Shown: positions 39,140 to 52,523, counted from the first letter of the stretch. The stretch: 64,000 nucleotides of DNA from Ophelia neglecta (GCA_965285935.1 OZ260662.1:63922001-63986000); one strand, 5' to 3'. Translations and numbers: made by a program. Notes: generated by a model not told the origin, from the sequence alone.

Positions 39140-42100
39140 GCCATCTTTACAGTTCACAGCACCAAAGATATGAAGTTTATCTTAAAATATATTTAAAATA
39201 TACACAATTCCATGCAAGTTTCAATTGGTGTAAATACTAGCATGGATGTACTTTCACATGGCAACGCAAAAAAATGGAGCTCTTGGACTAACCATTTGTT
39301 CAAGATGGGAAATCAAAGACGGATGTGCCAATTGTTGCCATCTTTCAAAAAGCTCCTAAAGCTGCTAAATAATCCCAATACGAGGATTTTTTAGTACATG
39401 TAGATCTAATCATAATAATATATAAACTAAGTTATACCATTAAGAATACGCCTTTATTAATCATACTTCAAGCCATTTTTTATTAACTCGTACAAAAACA
39501 CAGGACGGAAAGTTACATAAAGGCCTAAACTTTAGTTTTAATTCTTCCACGCGTAGGCCTAACGTTACTATATTTTATCGAAGTCACTTAATGCAATTTA
39601 CAAAATAGCGTAGGCCTATACACTTGACTTGTTGAATAGAAAGTTTTGATATAGGCCTAATGGGCTGTTTTATTAGAAGTAATGTATGATATTCGCTCCC
39701 TCAATGTGGACCGACAGTAAAATAATAGCAACATATTTTTTATCATAGAAATGGGACGGAATACTTTTTACAGTGTTTTTCTTTGTTCCTATTGTTAGTA
39801 GGCCTATAGGCCTATATACTTAACAAATACTAATAAATTTTGACTTTAACTAAGCCTAAGAATAGAAACTTTGCATTGTGATGCTCTGTTGACTTTGTGC
39901 TCAATTTGATAACAACTGTGTTGTTGCTATGGTTAGGAGGAAGGAAGGGCTAAACAATACGAAGAATTAAGAATAAAAACAATTTCAACAATATGTATTT
40001 TAACAATCTGCTTTACTCATAAGGGGGTGGGGGTGGGGGGGGGGAGGATAGTCAGATTTGACTGGTCAGGTTTGTGTAATATATGGCTGTTACCATATAG
40101 GCCTAGTTACCACCCTATTATTTTAATAATTCAGTAGTATTATTAAGTGTAAAAAATCTCTCACTATTCACGATAGAAAGGTCAACAATATCTCAAATGA
40201 ACGCTGGAGTAATTCACTTACACTCGATACATGGACAATGACCATAGTAGGTAGGTATCTTATGAGCCTTATTTGCATTAATTGTGCATATTCGTTCCAT
40301 AATGATAAACAATCATTTAAACGTTTTCCAGAATTTTTAAGATGAAACATAACACGAAGAAACATTTATCTAATAAAAAATGGCAGTCTTTGCTAAAATT
40401 ATTCAAAATGAAAATTTAGTCTGATTTTAGAGTTTTGGCTGTTTCAGGTAACAGGTTGATTTTGCCTTATTTGTGGCATTACATAGGCTATTCATTTAGA
40501 CTTAAATAGCTTTTTATCTAGATATGTTAGAACAGTGCTTAATAATAGAAGTAGAGAATAACTTAAATGGTATGGCGAAGAAAAACCCTTTTTTTTTCAT
40601 TACCAGTTACTATTCACACTAGTCTTTAAGGCAGTTTGATTGTTAAATAAACTGTTTCCATTGGCGACATAATTTGCATATTTCTCGTGCTTTCCCATAG
40701 TAATTGGGAGAACTTTTTATCTAAATGACTTAGATAAGTTTGAAATTGCCCAAGCAAAAAGTGGTCCTTAATTATGTCTTGTTTTCTAGAAAAGGACTTA
40801 AGGGTAGGCCTACTAGTGACCAAAGAATGTTCATAATTATAGATATATTTGTAATTACAGGGTGCTGAGTCAACCATGGGATAAACCTGACTAAATAGGC
40901 CTATGTCTTGAACGTGTCAAAGTTACAGAGTGAAAAGTTCCAAATTGGGTGTTTCAACAAATGTTCTCTCTTTCTCAGGAAATATTTACCACTGATTATT
41001 GCAACATGCCTAATAAATCATGTCAATTCTTACTAATAATTGAAATACATAACTAATAATAATTAGTGGCATTCTTTGTTTACACTGTGTTTTTGCGCAC
41101 ATGTTGCTAGTTTTATTGCATGGGAATATACTCCATTCCAAAGAGATATAAGCAATCTTATCTACTTTAAATAAATAAAATTCTATTTGGTAAATACTTT
41201 ATAGGAACTGAACATCATCTAGTAATAAATTATGGAAGAATCCATGGAGATTCGCATTAGTAGAGATTTGATACCTGTCTTACTGTATGAATACATAACT
41301 ATGTAGGTCTTAATTTACATCGGGTAACAGTTTTTACTTTGCAAGTTGAAAATGACCAATATTGTTACCCCTATCGCTTGTTGCTCGATAACACCTGTTA
41401 AATCGATCCGAGTGGTTGGTTGCAGAGCGCCGGCAGCCGAGGTGGGGTTAACGCGGATAAAATGACCATAATTAGGTCATTCGGAATCGCAAATACTTCA
41501 CCGTTTGCTTGATATTACCTGTTTCCGAATGAAATAAAGGCCATGATTTCTCTTTCCCAGGTGCATAGTAGGCCTACACATTTTGGTACGCTATCTTAAC
41601 TGAATGTTAAAGCGTTTTTGTTTAGGATATACCTGTTGCTTGGACGTTTTTATCTTTGCAATCAGGACAATATTTGTTTATGCATCTAACTGATATTTGC
41701 TAATAGATGATGTTTTCCGATACAGCTATCCACTCTTTCATCTGCTCCTTGTTTGCTGTTCCTACCATTCTCGGTCCTTAAACTGCGTAAACACATTTTT
41801 CCTATAAGGACCTAAGCCGACACTAGTCCAGGCCAGTAGGGACTAAATTGTGCAGATTTGTCTACAAGTGCAAAATATGGCCCAAATGTATGGAACAGAA
41901 CCTTCTCTTTTGATTTTTGGTTAGAGCCGATACAAGCGCTCACTGGGGCAGCCATATTGGCTAAATCCAAGATGGCCGCCAGCCGGAATGCCAGTATCAC
42001 CATGCATATATTTGTTGTTTATTAAGCTAAATAAGTGTTATCAAATGGTTCCCTAAATGCTATCGTATTAAATTAGCAGGTAACGTTATTTTAACAAATA

Positions 42101-43354
42101 GAAAACATTCCATGGGAACATTCTCCCCACGTTACTTGGTAACGTTATTGTAGGTTACAAGTAATTTTCTTCATTTACATAATGTTACATTGTTTACTGA
42201 GGTAATGCTGGGTGATTCTAATGACTCCATTTTAGCATTGAGGATCTTTTCTTTGATGGACTTACCAGTTAATGCTTACGCATGATTTAATTTTTTTCCT
42301 GATTTATACAAATCCAGAAAAAAAGTGATTATTTTAAAGGAAAAAGGATTTATTTCACATATAGAACCGGATTTTTAAAAGTTTAAATATAAATGCTTGA
42401 GTATTCTTATAAACATCAGGTACAGAAATCATCAAAATTCAATAAAATGATCAGTGTTTTGAGAAGAGATTTCCACAATATTGGTCAGACATAATGATAA
42501 CGACCAATAGACAAACGCACACATACAACACACATAAATTCATTTCGGTAAAAATATTAGCAAATTTTAGAACCAGGTGTTACAATATTAATTACATTAA
42601 TTAAAATCATTAATTTTATTAATTAACATTATTAAATTATGTTACATTCCTTATGATATAAACTTTCAGCATTATAATTTTCAATAAGATTTCATCAACC
42701 GATATTTTAATGTTGCTGTATGGGCTCCAAAGGACAACAGTTGCGCTGCACGTGGTCAGCGGCCGTATCGGCATTATAACGTGTATTTGTAATCTTCATG
42801 TAAATGTTTATGCTTACAAGTGTACTAAATGTCAGAATAAATGTAATAAAGCACACATTTATTCAATACATTCATGCATACACATACTCTTAAACTATTT
42901 CTCCTCTGACCTGCCAATCAACCTTTTATTATGTCAACTGGAAATATTTGTGCTCTCCAAAACGTAGAGGAAAGTAAAAGGCTTTCGCCTGTATTGCACC
43001 GGTGCATTAGCCACTTTCCTCTCAAGCCGAATGCGTGACCCAATTAGACAACGGCTTCAGTGCCCAAGCCTTAGAAGGTGATTCGAGGAGTTGAACAAAA
43101 CACCACATGACAGCTTACATAATGTGGATTGTGAAATTGGATGTTACCACCTTTTTTGTTTGAAATTGCACTTTTTTATTTCCGTTTTATGTTCATTTGA
43201 CAGATAGGAAAAAAATATAAAATCTTCGATTTAAAAGGGTTTGGTATGTTTTGCAAATTTCTGGACTTCTTATTTTCGAACAAAGAATACATAACTTTAT
43301 CAATAGAATGAATACTTGCATTCGAGGGGTGGAAAGTATGGATTGACCATTGGT

Positions 43355-46300
43355 TTAATGTTGATAATGATATCTCCACGTTGTTGGATAGACGCCTGTG
43401 TACCTTCCTGACTGAGACCGACCTAGTCTGGGTAAACTCCCCACCCCAAAAGCACCCTGAGCTGGATTAACTGAATACATGGGATATATTTGTGATTGTC
43501 GAAGAATCGCTCCTCTTCGTCCGCTTTCGAAAGAATAATTTGAATTTGGACCATGGCTTTGGGTCTCCTGAAAGCGATGAGGGCTGTCGATGTTTCCCAT
43601 CTGGGCTTGGTAATATCGTGAAGGATCATGATCACTATTGTAATTATTGTGTAGCGGAGGTTTGAAAGCACGAGGTGTTTTATAACCAGGATACATCCCA
43701 TTCGGACTGTAAGGCGGAGGAGGTCGAGTTTGTCTGCTCTTACCCACGTCCCGAGCGGAATGTTGATACAGAACTTGTTCTGTCCTGGACATACGGTCTT
43801 CGTTTTTCTGTGAGTAAATTTTCATACACTTGCATTTAAATAGATACATTAAATTTCCTACGTTTCCTAGTGGTCCAATAAACCGGCAAAGAGGGAGAAA
43901 GAAAAACGTGGCGAAAAGCCAACTTATTGCCATACACGTCATTAGAAAAATACCGAAGTTTCTATAGACTACAACCCTGCCTCCCATCAGTGCGGCACCC
44001 GCAACGAACGTGGTGATAGCCGCCATTAGCAGCGCGAATCCAACGGTGGAGAGCAAGTCCCTGATCCTTGCTGATCTTGTCGACTCGGCGGATAGCTTGT
44101 ATGCAATGCCGTAATGTATGGTGAAGTCAATAGACAGACCTACTGATAGAGTTATGGAAAGTGACTCAAACGTGCCTAGCTCCCATCCAACTAAAACAAG
44201 TATCCCGATTGTGCTCAATATAGCCAAGCCAATAGTGAAGATCGCATAGGCAGTCAGAAATATATTCATAGAAGTGACTAGCAAAACTAGGAAGCCAACA
44301 CCCAACGACAAGCCGATGCCGATATATGTCCCGTCTGCGAGAGCATTTTGGAGGTCATAAAAGTAAAAATCGCGGCCATTCCACCACCCCTTGTCAAGGC
44401 CCCTGGGTGCCATACCAATCTCTCCCATGACATAATCATCGAATTCTTTGTAGTGTTTTTCCATTTCGCTGTTGATGTCAGACCAACTCCTATTGGACTG
44501 GACACGAATGATAAATGCCCTCATCGACGTGCCCGTCTTGTCAAAAATCGGATATCCTATTAGAGTCTTTTTATGCGAGTAAACCCAATTTTTTAAATGA
44601 CCTGAAAAATCGGAAGAAGTGGAGCATAATTTTGCCATTGTTTCATTCAACGGAAAGGTTAGTTCGCAGCAGGGGGCTATGGTGGTCAAAATTGTGGGTG
44701 AATACGGATTGGCGGAAACATTACATGATCCTTGTATCAGGTCTTTAAAGACCTGCATAAAATTGCGATAACTTTCGTTTTTTAATGTGAAAGGCTGGCT
44801 GAGAAGATTAGTTGTAAAAGTCAACATCCATTCCTGACCCTCCTGGCTGAAGAGGTTGAAGTCAGGGTCCAATTCGTAATGTCCTTTATCGTCAGGATTT
44901 AACACATTGCTGTGGTCGCCTTCCTTAACACCCCACATTATCACAACTTCCAGCTTGATGCGTCTCCGCGTTTCAATATCACATTCGAAATGGAACTCGG
45001 TTGATCTCTCGTGTATGTACATCTCAAACGGATGTTCTGGATAGAATAATTTTAAATTGTCAGATTTTGGCAATGTCAGTTTAGGAGTAACAAATGAAAG
45101 CACGATACCCCCAACACCGACCCCAAGAAAAAGGACCAGCCACAAAGGCCACACTTTTATCACCAAGGCTGGAAAAAATTTGTTCCAAACTATATCGGTA
45201 AATTGCCGCAGTTTATCAGAGCAAGGATTGCACGACTTACAAGGATCACCGCAAACTGCTCTTGCTTTTTCCATGATAACCATAACTGCTGGCACCCAGG
45301 TAATCATGAAAAAGAAATTGATCAAAATGCATGTACCAGCAAAGATACTAAAACATTTGAGCACAGTCACAGTGCTGACAAAATTAGCGAACAGTGCAGC
45401 TGCAGTTGTCAAACTGGTGACAAAAATCGACAATGCTCCGTGTTTTAGAGTATTCGACACTGTCCTCTCGATATCTACAACCGCATTTCCTGAATCATGT
45501 TGGGCATACTTTATCCATATATCTCTTATTATAAATACGTCATCAGCCCCGACCGCTATTAACAATAAGGCAGCAAGAAGATTCAGAAAAGGAAAGAATG
45601 CAAATCGAAAAACAATGTAATAGAAAAAGTAACTAAGCAAAAGGCTGAATATGACCGTGAAGAGTATAACAAAAGTAAGAACAATGGAACGCATGTAGAG
45701 AATTATGACAAACAATACCAGACCCATGGCAAGAGCATAGTAGGGAAGATCGCCAACGACGTAATAATTAAATACCTCAATGTCAAGTTTCATGGCACGA
45801 GACACGACTTTTTCATTGGTAGATGTGACTACTTTGCCTTCTATTTTGTCCAGAAAGTAGTCCTTTAACGTGTCAGTGAGCTTGGCCAGACTTGCAGACC
45901 ATGAATCCCTAAATATGATCTGACTGTAAGTCAGCGACCCAACTTTGGTATTTCCCTCTTTTAAAAAGTTTTTATCGGCAAGGAAATGTAATATTTTGAA
46001 CACCACATGGTGCCGTTGGTAGCACTTGGGCGGCATTCCTTCACACTGTCCAAGAAGATAACAAGATGACAGGGACCTGTTGAAATAAAACGGTGAACAG
46101 GTAACCAAAAGGTTGTTCATACTGTCAATGTCTGACTGGGTGATTTGGTCGCAAGTTTTGTTTTGAAGGCCTGCTACGTAATATGGCACGGAGTGTAGTC
46201 TGCAGTCTTCTTCGATGCTTTTAAAATAGCTCAAGATATGCATACTTTCGAAATCACACATCGCTTTTAGCATTTCGACTGTCATCAAACTACTATGGCC

Positions 46301-49300
46301 GTCGAACGCCTCTAATACGAAGGAGAAGACTTTGTCATCTGGTGAAATAAAACAAGGTTGGATGTTATTAATTACTGGTATGGTTTGATATTAAAGATTA
46401 ATAATGAAGTCTTCCAAAAGTTGGATCCTAATAACCCACCATCGATATATTCGGCAAGACAATCCAAGTGTAGATCTGAGCCGGGAGATCGCTTCCGCCT
46501 GGACGAGCTGACAGTTGGCTCGTTAGTCAGATTACCATTAAATATGTCTTCTTGAACAAGGTTAGCTGCTGCCAAGCGTCCCTGGATTGTCGTGCCTTTA
46601 GTGGCAAAACCCTAAAATATAGTAATATTTCTTATTAATGAAGAAAAAATATTTGATTTTCATATTGTGGAGAAATATGTTTCCCAGTTCCATGCTGCTA
46701 TATTATTCAAATATTTCTATTCCAATATCGACATTTCTATTTCCTATGCAATACATCAAATGGCAAGCAATTTTAAGAAATGTAAAAAGCTTATTCGGTC
46801 GAAACTTATAATCATAATGTAAAAGTAGAGTATGCAGGTATAAAAATTTCCAAGTTAGAGCAGTACGGTTATTGCTTGATCCAATATCTTCACGATGCAG
46901 CAAGTGATCTTAACTGCTTTCGGACTGCACATCTGTCGGAGTAACAAAGAACTACGGCAATAGTACAATATGTACTCCTTAACGGCACGTACAGCTGACC
47001 GCTAATTTTGGCCGTCCATTGTTATCCTGCTATGAACCGTTGTTTATATGAACTCTAGTGCATTTCTTATTCAACAGTATAATTCGGGTAGATCCATAAC
47101 AAAAGATTGAATTGTACAGGAGGAAATTTAAGAAATTAAGATACTAGTGTGCTGAAATAATATCATGACTATAGGTGTTTGAGTTAACTCCTAGGTGTTA
47201 TTACATCCATTATCAATAAAGGAAATACCTATATAATACTTCAGTAAAAATTTGAAACAACAGTTTTGCAAATAAACGTGACCTTTTTTGGGTTGTCAGT
47301 TGAAAGAAGGACACACTCGTTAAGCAAGGTGTTAATTAATACCTTAGTCTAATTCTGTTTTCATGGCCTGAGGTCAATCGAACGGAGAAGAATTGTCAGC
47401 AGCCTCAAAGTTGCATATTAAATAACCCATGAAAGGTACCGAAAAAATTAGATATCGTTTAACAAATGTAAGAAGTGGAAAAGCTTCAAATTATGGATGT
47501 CGAGGTCACGACATATCGAGTACACCCCATACGTGTGTAGAGGTATGTGTTCTGTTAGCCAACCACGCATAGGCGGACGTCGTGCGTCACTGATTCATTC
47601 TAGTTCCGGGCGAGGACAGGCTGAACATGCTAACATGGCTGCGACCGGAGGTCTATCCGCGGCCATTTATTACTTTAAAACACCCAGTTTTCAAAATGGA
47701 TGTAAAAAATTCCAACTTATATGTTTGCAAACCAATTTTTCCACAATATACATCTAAGAGGCTGGCTGCCTGTGGTTTCCCGTACGTTGACGGTTGGTTT
47801 AGGTTCTAGGCCTATATATAGTTGCTATTGTTGTAGCCTAATATCTGGGACACAAGAAACAGGGATTGGAAGGCGGTAGTGTCCTTTGATGGCATCTATC
47901 ACTCGCTATTGTTCTCGTGTTAATTATCTGTTATCTATCATCACTGGCGGCTCCTTTCATGTGATTACTTTCGTCAGGTGGCGTATCAGTTGCCTGCGGT
48001 GTCGATGCAGCATGTACACCAATATTACATCTGTCAAGTTATAAATGTTTCTTGTGTCCCAGCTAATATCTACGCAGTAAAGGCTATATAGTGGCTTTGA
48101 GGAGTCTATTCTGCACATCTTAGAGCTTAGGGCTAGATATGCGTCCACCTCATACTGATTTAACGTCTTAACGTCTTCAGACTTTCATTCTTTTTCTACT
48201 GTCCGGATTGTATTGTCATTAAGATGTAAAAGCGGTTGCTTTTTAAACTGCATGTGCACTTACATCTACCATCCGGCTAAGAAGTCATGTGTCCGTCACA
48301 CAGCCTGGACATAAATTCGTCTGTAGTCACATATTAACATAAGGCAGAGACCTACATAGAACTATATTAGAAAGACCCGTCATGGTATTACCTTTAAAAG
48401 TCATTCCTGTTCTTGAATTCTTTTTCACGTTTTAGTAATATAACCATAGTTATACTCATGTATATCCTATCTGCGTATAAGGTTTTCCACTATGCCTAAT
48501 TATAGCAATTGTGCACTAGTTAGATGTATATAGATATTATCATTTTTTGTAAAGGTAGTAGGTTCAAGGGACAAATAACCATGAATAGTAGAATACAGCG
48601 TGAGTATATAGTAAAAGTACAGTATTAATTTTTCCACAAGTTTATTATAATACAATACTTTATGACCTTAAGGTAAAAATGACGTACAGCTTTATGTTAC
48701 TTGATGTTCATGGTGAACATAGATGTTATTCGGGCCTATATACACTAAAGCAGGGGTAAAGAGAACGTGCACATGAATCTAGCTTTTATCTGAATTGGCA
48801 TAGACAAATCTAAAAGTCACCAATCTTTATTTTACCTGCAAATAAGTGGTCTTATTAAAAAAAGGAAATTTTATAAGTACCTTGGTTGGCTCGCCGAACG
48901 AGGGAATACCGTGCTGCCAGTACACAATTGGCGTGCAGATTGCCACCAAGAGAATGTCCGCTAGGATCACAATATACGGGAATTTGGTCAGGAAGCGCGA
49001 ATACCTGCAATGTGCATAGGGAAGAAAAGAAGTGTGAATTTGCAGGCGAATCGCAGTGGTTTTCGGGAGACTACATCATACGTTCTTTGGGGTAGTACCA
49101 ATGTCGGCAAATAAGTGGTGCCAATACTTCCAATCATTCTGGGTCTCATGCTCCGCTTAAGGCAAATAAAAGGCACGGAGCTATGGGCTAAATGAAGACG
49201 ATAGCGTGCAGCTACCCATCTATCTAACTATATTTCTATTTATATCATTCTGTCTAGCTATAGTTAACTCAGAAGTAGTCTAAACTACTTTTTGGCAGAT

Positions 49301-52300
49301 TGGGGGCTGATGATGTTAATACGTTCTAATACTAAGTCCTATATTAGCTGCATTTTAATAATAAAACTATTTAAAGAAAAAAAAAATGTCCAAGAATTAA
49401 GTACTGTTCATGACATATTAATTTCCAGCTTTGAAGGATTCAAAGATTGGCCCATGAAAGTTTGCGGAGGTGTTCAAAGCTGGGAGTGGTGTGTGTGTGG
49501 GGGGGTTCACGGAGGGAGGGGTGGGGTTGGGGTGGGGTGGGGTGGGGTGGGGGGTGTTTAAGTGTTAATATTTGGTTTTGTCCATGACATTTTTTTTTGT
49601 ATAATCTTAGCTTGTTTTAAGATTTCCTCATCCACAGCCTGCCCGGTCTGGGACAGTTCGAGTGAAAATATATGCCTTCCAGCTTTAGCTATCAGTACAA
49701 CAGGCGGTGTACACTGTCCGCCAATGGAAGAGTTCAGGACATTAAACAAGTCAGATGTTGTAGAGCACCCAGATTGAATATTCGCAGATATAATGGGGTA
49801 TGTCAATACTTCCCCGTTTTCTAATCATGATTGATTTTTGGACAGGGAAAGGCCTGGTAACATTCAATGAATAAAGAATGAGATTGTAATCCGTAAATAA
49901 GTTTGCCCACCTGTACTTTGTCAAGAACAGAATAATAGGTCCTAGAAATTACACAGTCAAGAATATGGCCCGATCTGTGGGTAGTAAAAAATTGTTTGAA
50001 ATTGAGAAAGTCAATGATTGATTGATTGATTGATTGATATCTTTATTCCTCCAATTCTGGAGGATATGGGAGAAGTGTTGGATATCATTGGCCTCTGGAT
50101 TACCCAAGTTAAAGTTAAAATCTCCAATTATAGACACAGTGTTTGCAGTGGTGACTAGTTCATAGAGAAACGAATTATCTCGTCCTGAAAACCAGAGGTT
50201 GAAATATTTCTTTCTTCAGTCTGGTGAAAAAGAACGTTTTGTAGCCTTAACAGAAGTGTTAGTAATCACTGGCCTCTGGATTACCCAAGTTAATGTTAAA
50301 ATCTCCAACTATATAGACACAGTGTTTGCAGTGGTGACAAATTCATAGAGAAACGAATTAACTCGTCCTGAAAACCAGCTAGTGAAATATTTTGTTCATC
50401 AGTCGGGTGAAAAAGAACGTTATGTAGCCTTAACTGTTATTTGAAAGTCATTACATTTGGTCATCAATTGAGAAGGAAGAAACGTTTTGGCAGATGATAC
50501 AGATACATTTTAATGTGCAGATGCATACTGCCAGGTTCAGAGAGAACCTGATTAAACCCTTTATGCAATTGGGTAAAGCAAGCAAATTAACAACGAAATG
50601 TAAAAAAGCCTGCTTTCTGATATTCAAAAATGGAAACAAAACAATTGTGGACTACCTAGATGATATCATTTAACAAAATCACCAGATCAAATGTGTTAGG
50701 GACACAAACATTCTTGGTGACCTTATCAATTATATGAACACTTGAAATCGCAAGATCATATTGAGGATCTCAGAAAAGACTTAAAAAAATAAATAATGTA
50801 TATATGATAATAAAAAATAAAATGCAAAATCATGCAAATGAACATCGTTTTACGGCTTTTTACTCTTAAGTTCAGTATGACCCTGAAGTCTACGGAATGC
50901 CCTACCAAGACCTCATAGGTAAAGTACATAAGCAACAAAACCGGGCGTAATTATAATATGTTCAATAGAATTCAGATATCCGACATCTGATTTGCATAAA
51001 CAATTTAACGTGCTACTTTTCAGGGACTTACATAATATCAATGTCCTGAGATTTAACTACAAACAACATACCTACCAAAATTATACCAGACCAACTTAAT
51101 AAATTAACTTATTTTATACATAATCATTAACCAAGTAAAATATTCACTTGTACTGACTAAAACACAAAATGAAAATAGAAAAAAAACCATCCGCTTTAAT
51201 GGAGCGGTCCTGTCGAAACTACCCAGCTCACGTTCCTTACTAACCAATATCTTTAGAGGTTATTATCACTGTAGGCAGGGTAATGTAACTCACTCTCCAC
51301 TGAAATAAGAGGATTTTAAGCCTCGACAATGATAAAAAGATATCTAAATAACGACGCTACCCAATCAAAGATTGGGGCAAATTATTACCGAGATCAAAAA
51401 ACAGGGAACTATGTTTAGGTTGTGCCTTGTAGGGATCGTAGTGTACATATATTGGGACCCCAGCACTATAGGTTTGCGTAGTAATATTTATATTAAAGGA
51501 AGATTAGCTTCCTATATTTGACAGTGGAAGATAAGAAGTAACGCTACCGTAGAAATATGTTATACTTTCTTGTCTAAAATGTTTAGACTTCTGGATTGTT
51601 AGATCTTTATCTTGTTTCAAAGTTACCAAATATCTTGGACTACAAATTTTCTTACATGTATATTGCTAATTAATATGATCATTACACATTGCCAACCAAA
51701 CAAATACATTGATTCAGCAATATACAGATAGGCCTTTTGACTTAACTATCCTAGGAATGTTTACAAAGTAAGGTTGCCTTAGACCTATGAGGTTCTTTGA
51801 GTCTAATAGCAGCCCTAACTTTTAACATTTGAGAATCGGTATATTTGCAATGGAAAGTGATTTTGTCTGTTGCGGAACAATCAAGCTTACCAGAAATTAA
51901 AATAAAATCCATTTCCATGTGAAGAAAAAAGGTTACTATCTCTATTATAAAACTGCAGAGATTACCAAAATTGATTGTTTGTGCATGCAAATATTAAACT
52001 AATAATGATTATTTCCACAGATACACGTTGTTTTTTTACTCTTAAGGATATATTTTTCCCAAATTTTGGATGATGGAACGGTATTGGAGGGGGCTCGCCT
52101 CAAATAACTGTACAGGGCAAATGAAGGGGAGGCGAGAAAAAGGAGAGCGGGGAGGGGGGTTCTAAATATCGCGCACTTCTTTCTCCCAGCCCCCTCCCCC
52201 CGCGCCCCTTCTTGCCCTTCCGCCCCATGGAAATGAATCTAACTGACCTGTTTCTTAGGCCTATACTTAAATAAGGAAGAAACGGTTTGTGAAGTAAAGG

Positions 52301-52523
52301 CTTTGAATAAATATTTGTCCGGTACGTTTGTTGGATCCTTGTCGACATTACCATACATGCACCGGTTAAGTGTTTGGCACACAATAACAAGACACTTAAA
52401 CAATTCAATCGTTTAGCAATGTCATTCAATTTCAATTAATTGATGTGAATCACAGTGATTCGTTTTTGATTCTGAATACCGTATGAACACTACAACTAGA
52501 ATATCACATACTCACCAACCCAT
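43355..52523 (-). CDS. DISP: Dispatched-like protein B, ~1095 aa; exons 52516-52523, 48881-49004, 46440-46611, 43355-46338
   Basis: MG-W|YSRFLTKFPYIV...EPTK|GFATKGT...RRKRS...|DDKVFSF. Same 124-nt TM1 exon and intron phases as copy A. VGADDVF and GLSIDFTIHYG present. The first micro-exon is less certain. Confidence 0.88.
50040..50434 (-). mobile_element. L2/CR1-like endonuclease fragment, locally duplicated (~50091-50251 and ~50271-50434)
   Basis: IIGDFNFNL motif; two imperfect copies; adjacent (ATTG)n. Confidence 0.6.

Larger units (their letters stand above)
33512..39190 (-). mobile_element. Degenerate CR1/L2-group LINE (ORF1, APE endonuclease, reverse transcriptase) with internal duplication and deletion
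   Basis: ORF1-like 38218-39144. EN motifs ASWNV, CLSETHL, YLPP, GDLNSR, VVDY. RT motifs NYRGISLL, EEQNGFR, VDMQKAFD, RQGDVLSP, LYADD, YRYLG. C-terminal RSLLAQFRSGVLPLKIETGRY and C-x2-C. AATAAA plus (CATA)n tail. Absent at the paralogous site ~57480. Confidence 0.92.
31694..46638. repeat. Segmental duplication copy A (paralogous to 56096-63928), interrupted by a MULE-like MITE, a LINE and a ~750-bp insertion at ~42600-43345
   Basis: Colinear similarity: 32776-33510 with 56099-57480, 39190-42600 with 57480-60610, 43346-46638 with 60611-63928. Confidence 0.9.

Noticed and set aside
41820-42000. GGCGGCCATCTTGGAT-type transposon end (duplicate at ~59860-60050)
   Set aside because: Only one end is visible, with no TSD, so it cannot be delimited or classified.
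45057-45620. 187-aa plus-strand ORF repeated at 62325-62888
   Set aside because: Antisense shadow of the Dispatched transmembrane region; its conservation is explained by the duplication.
49558-49806. 82-aa ORF (TYPIISANI...) in a Dispatched-like B intron
   Set aside because: No family I can recognise with confidence and no supported splice partners; a BLASTX search would be needed.
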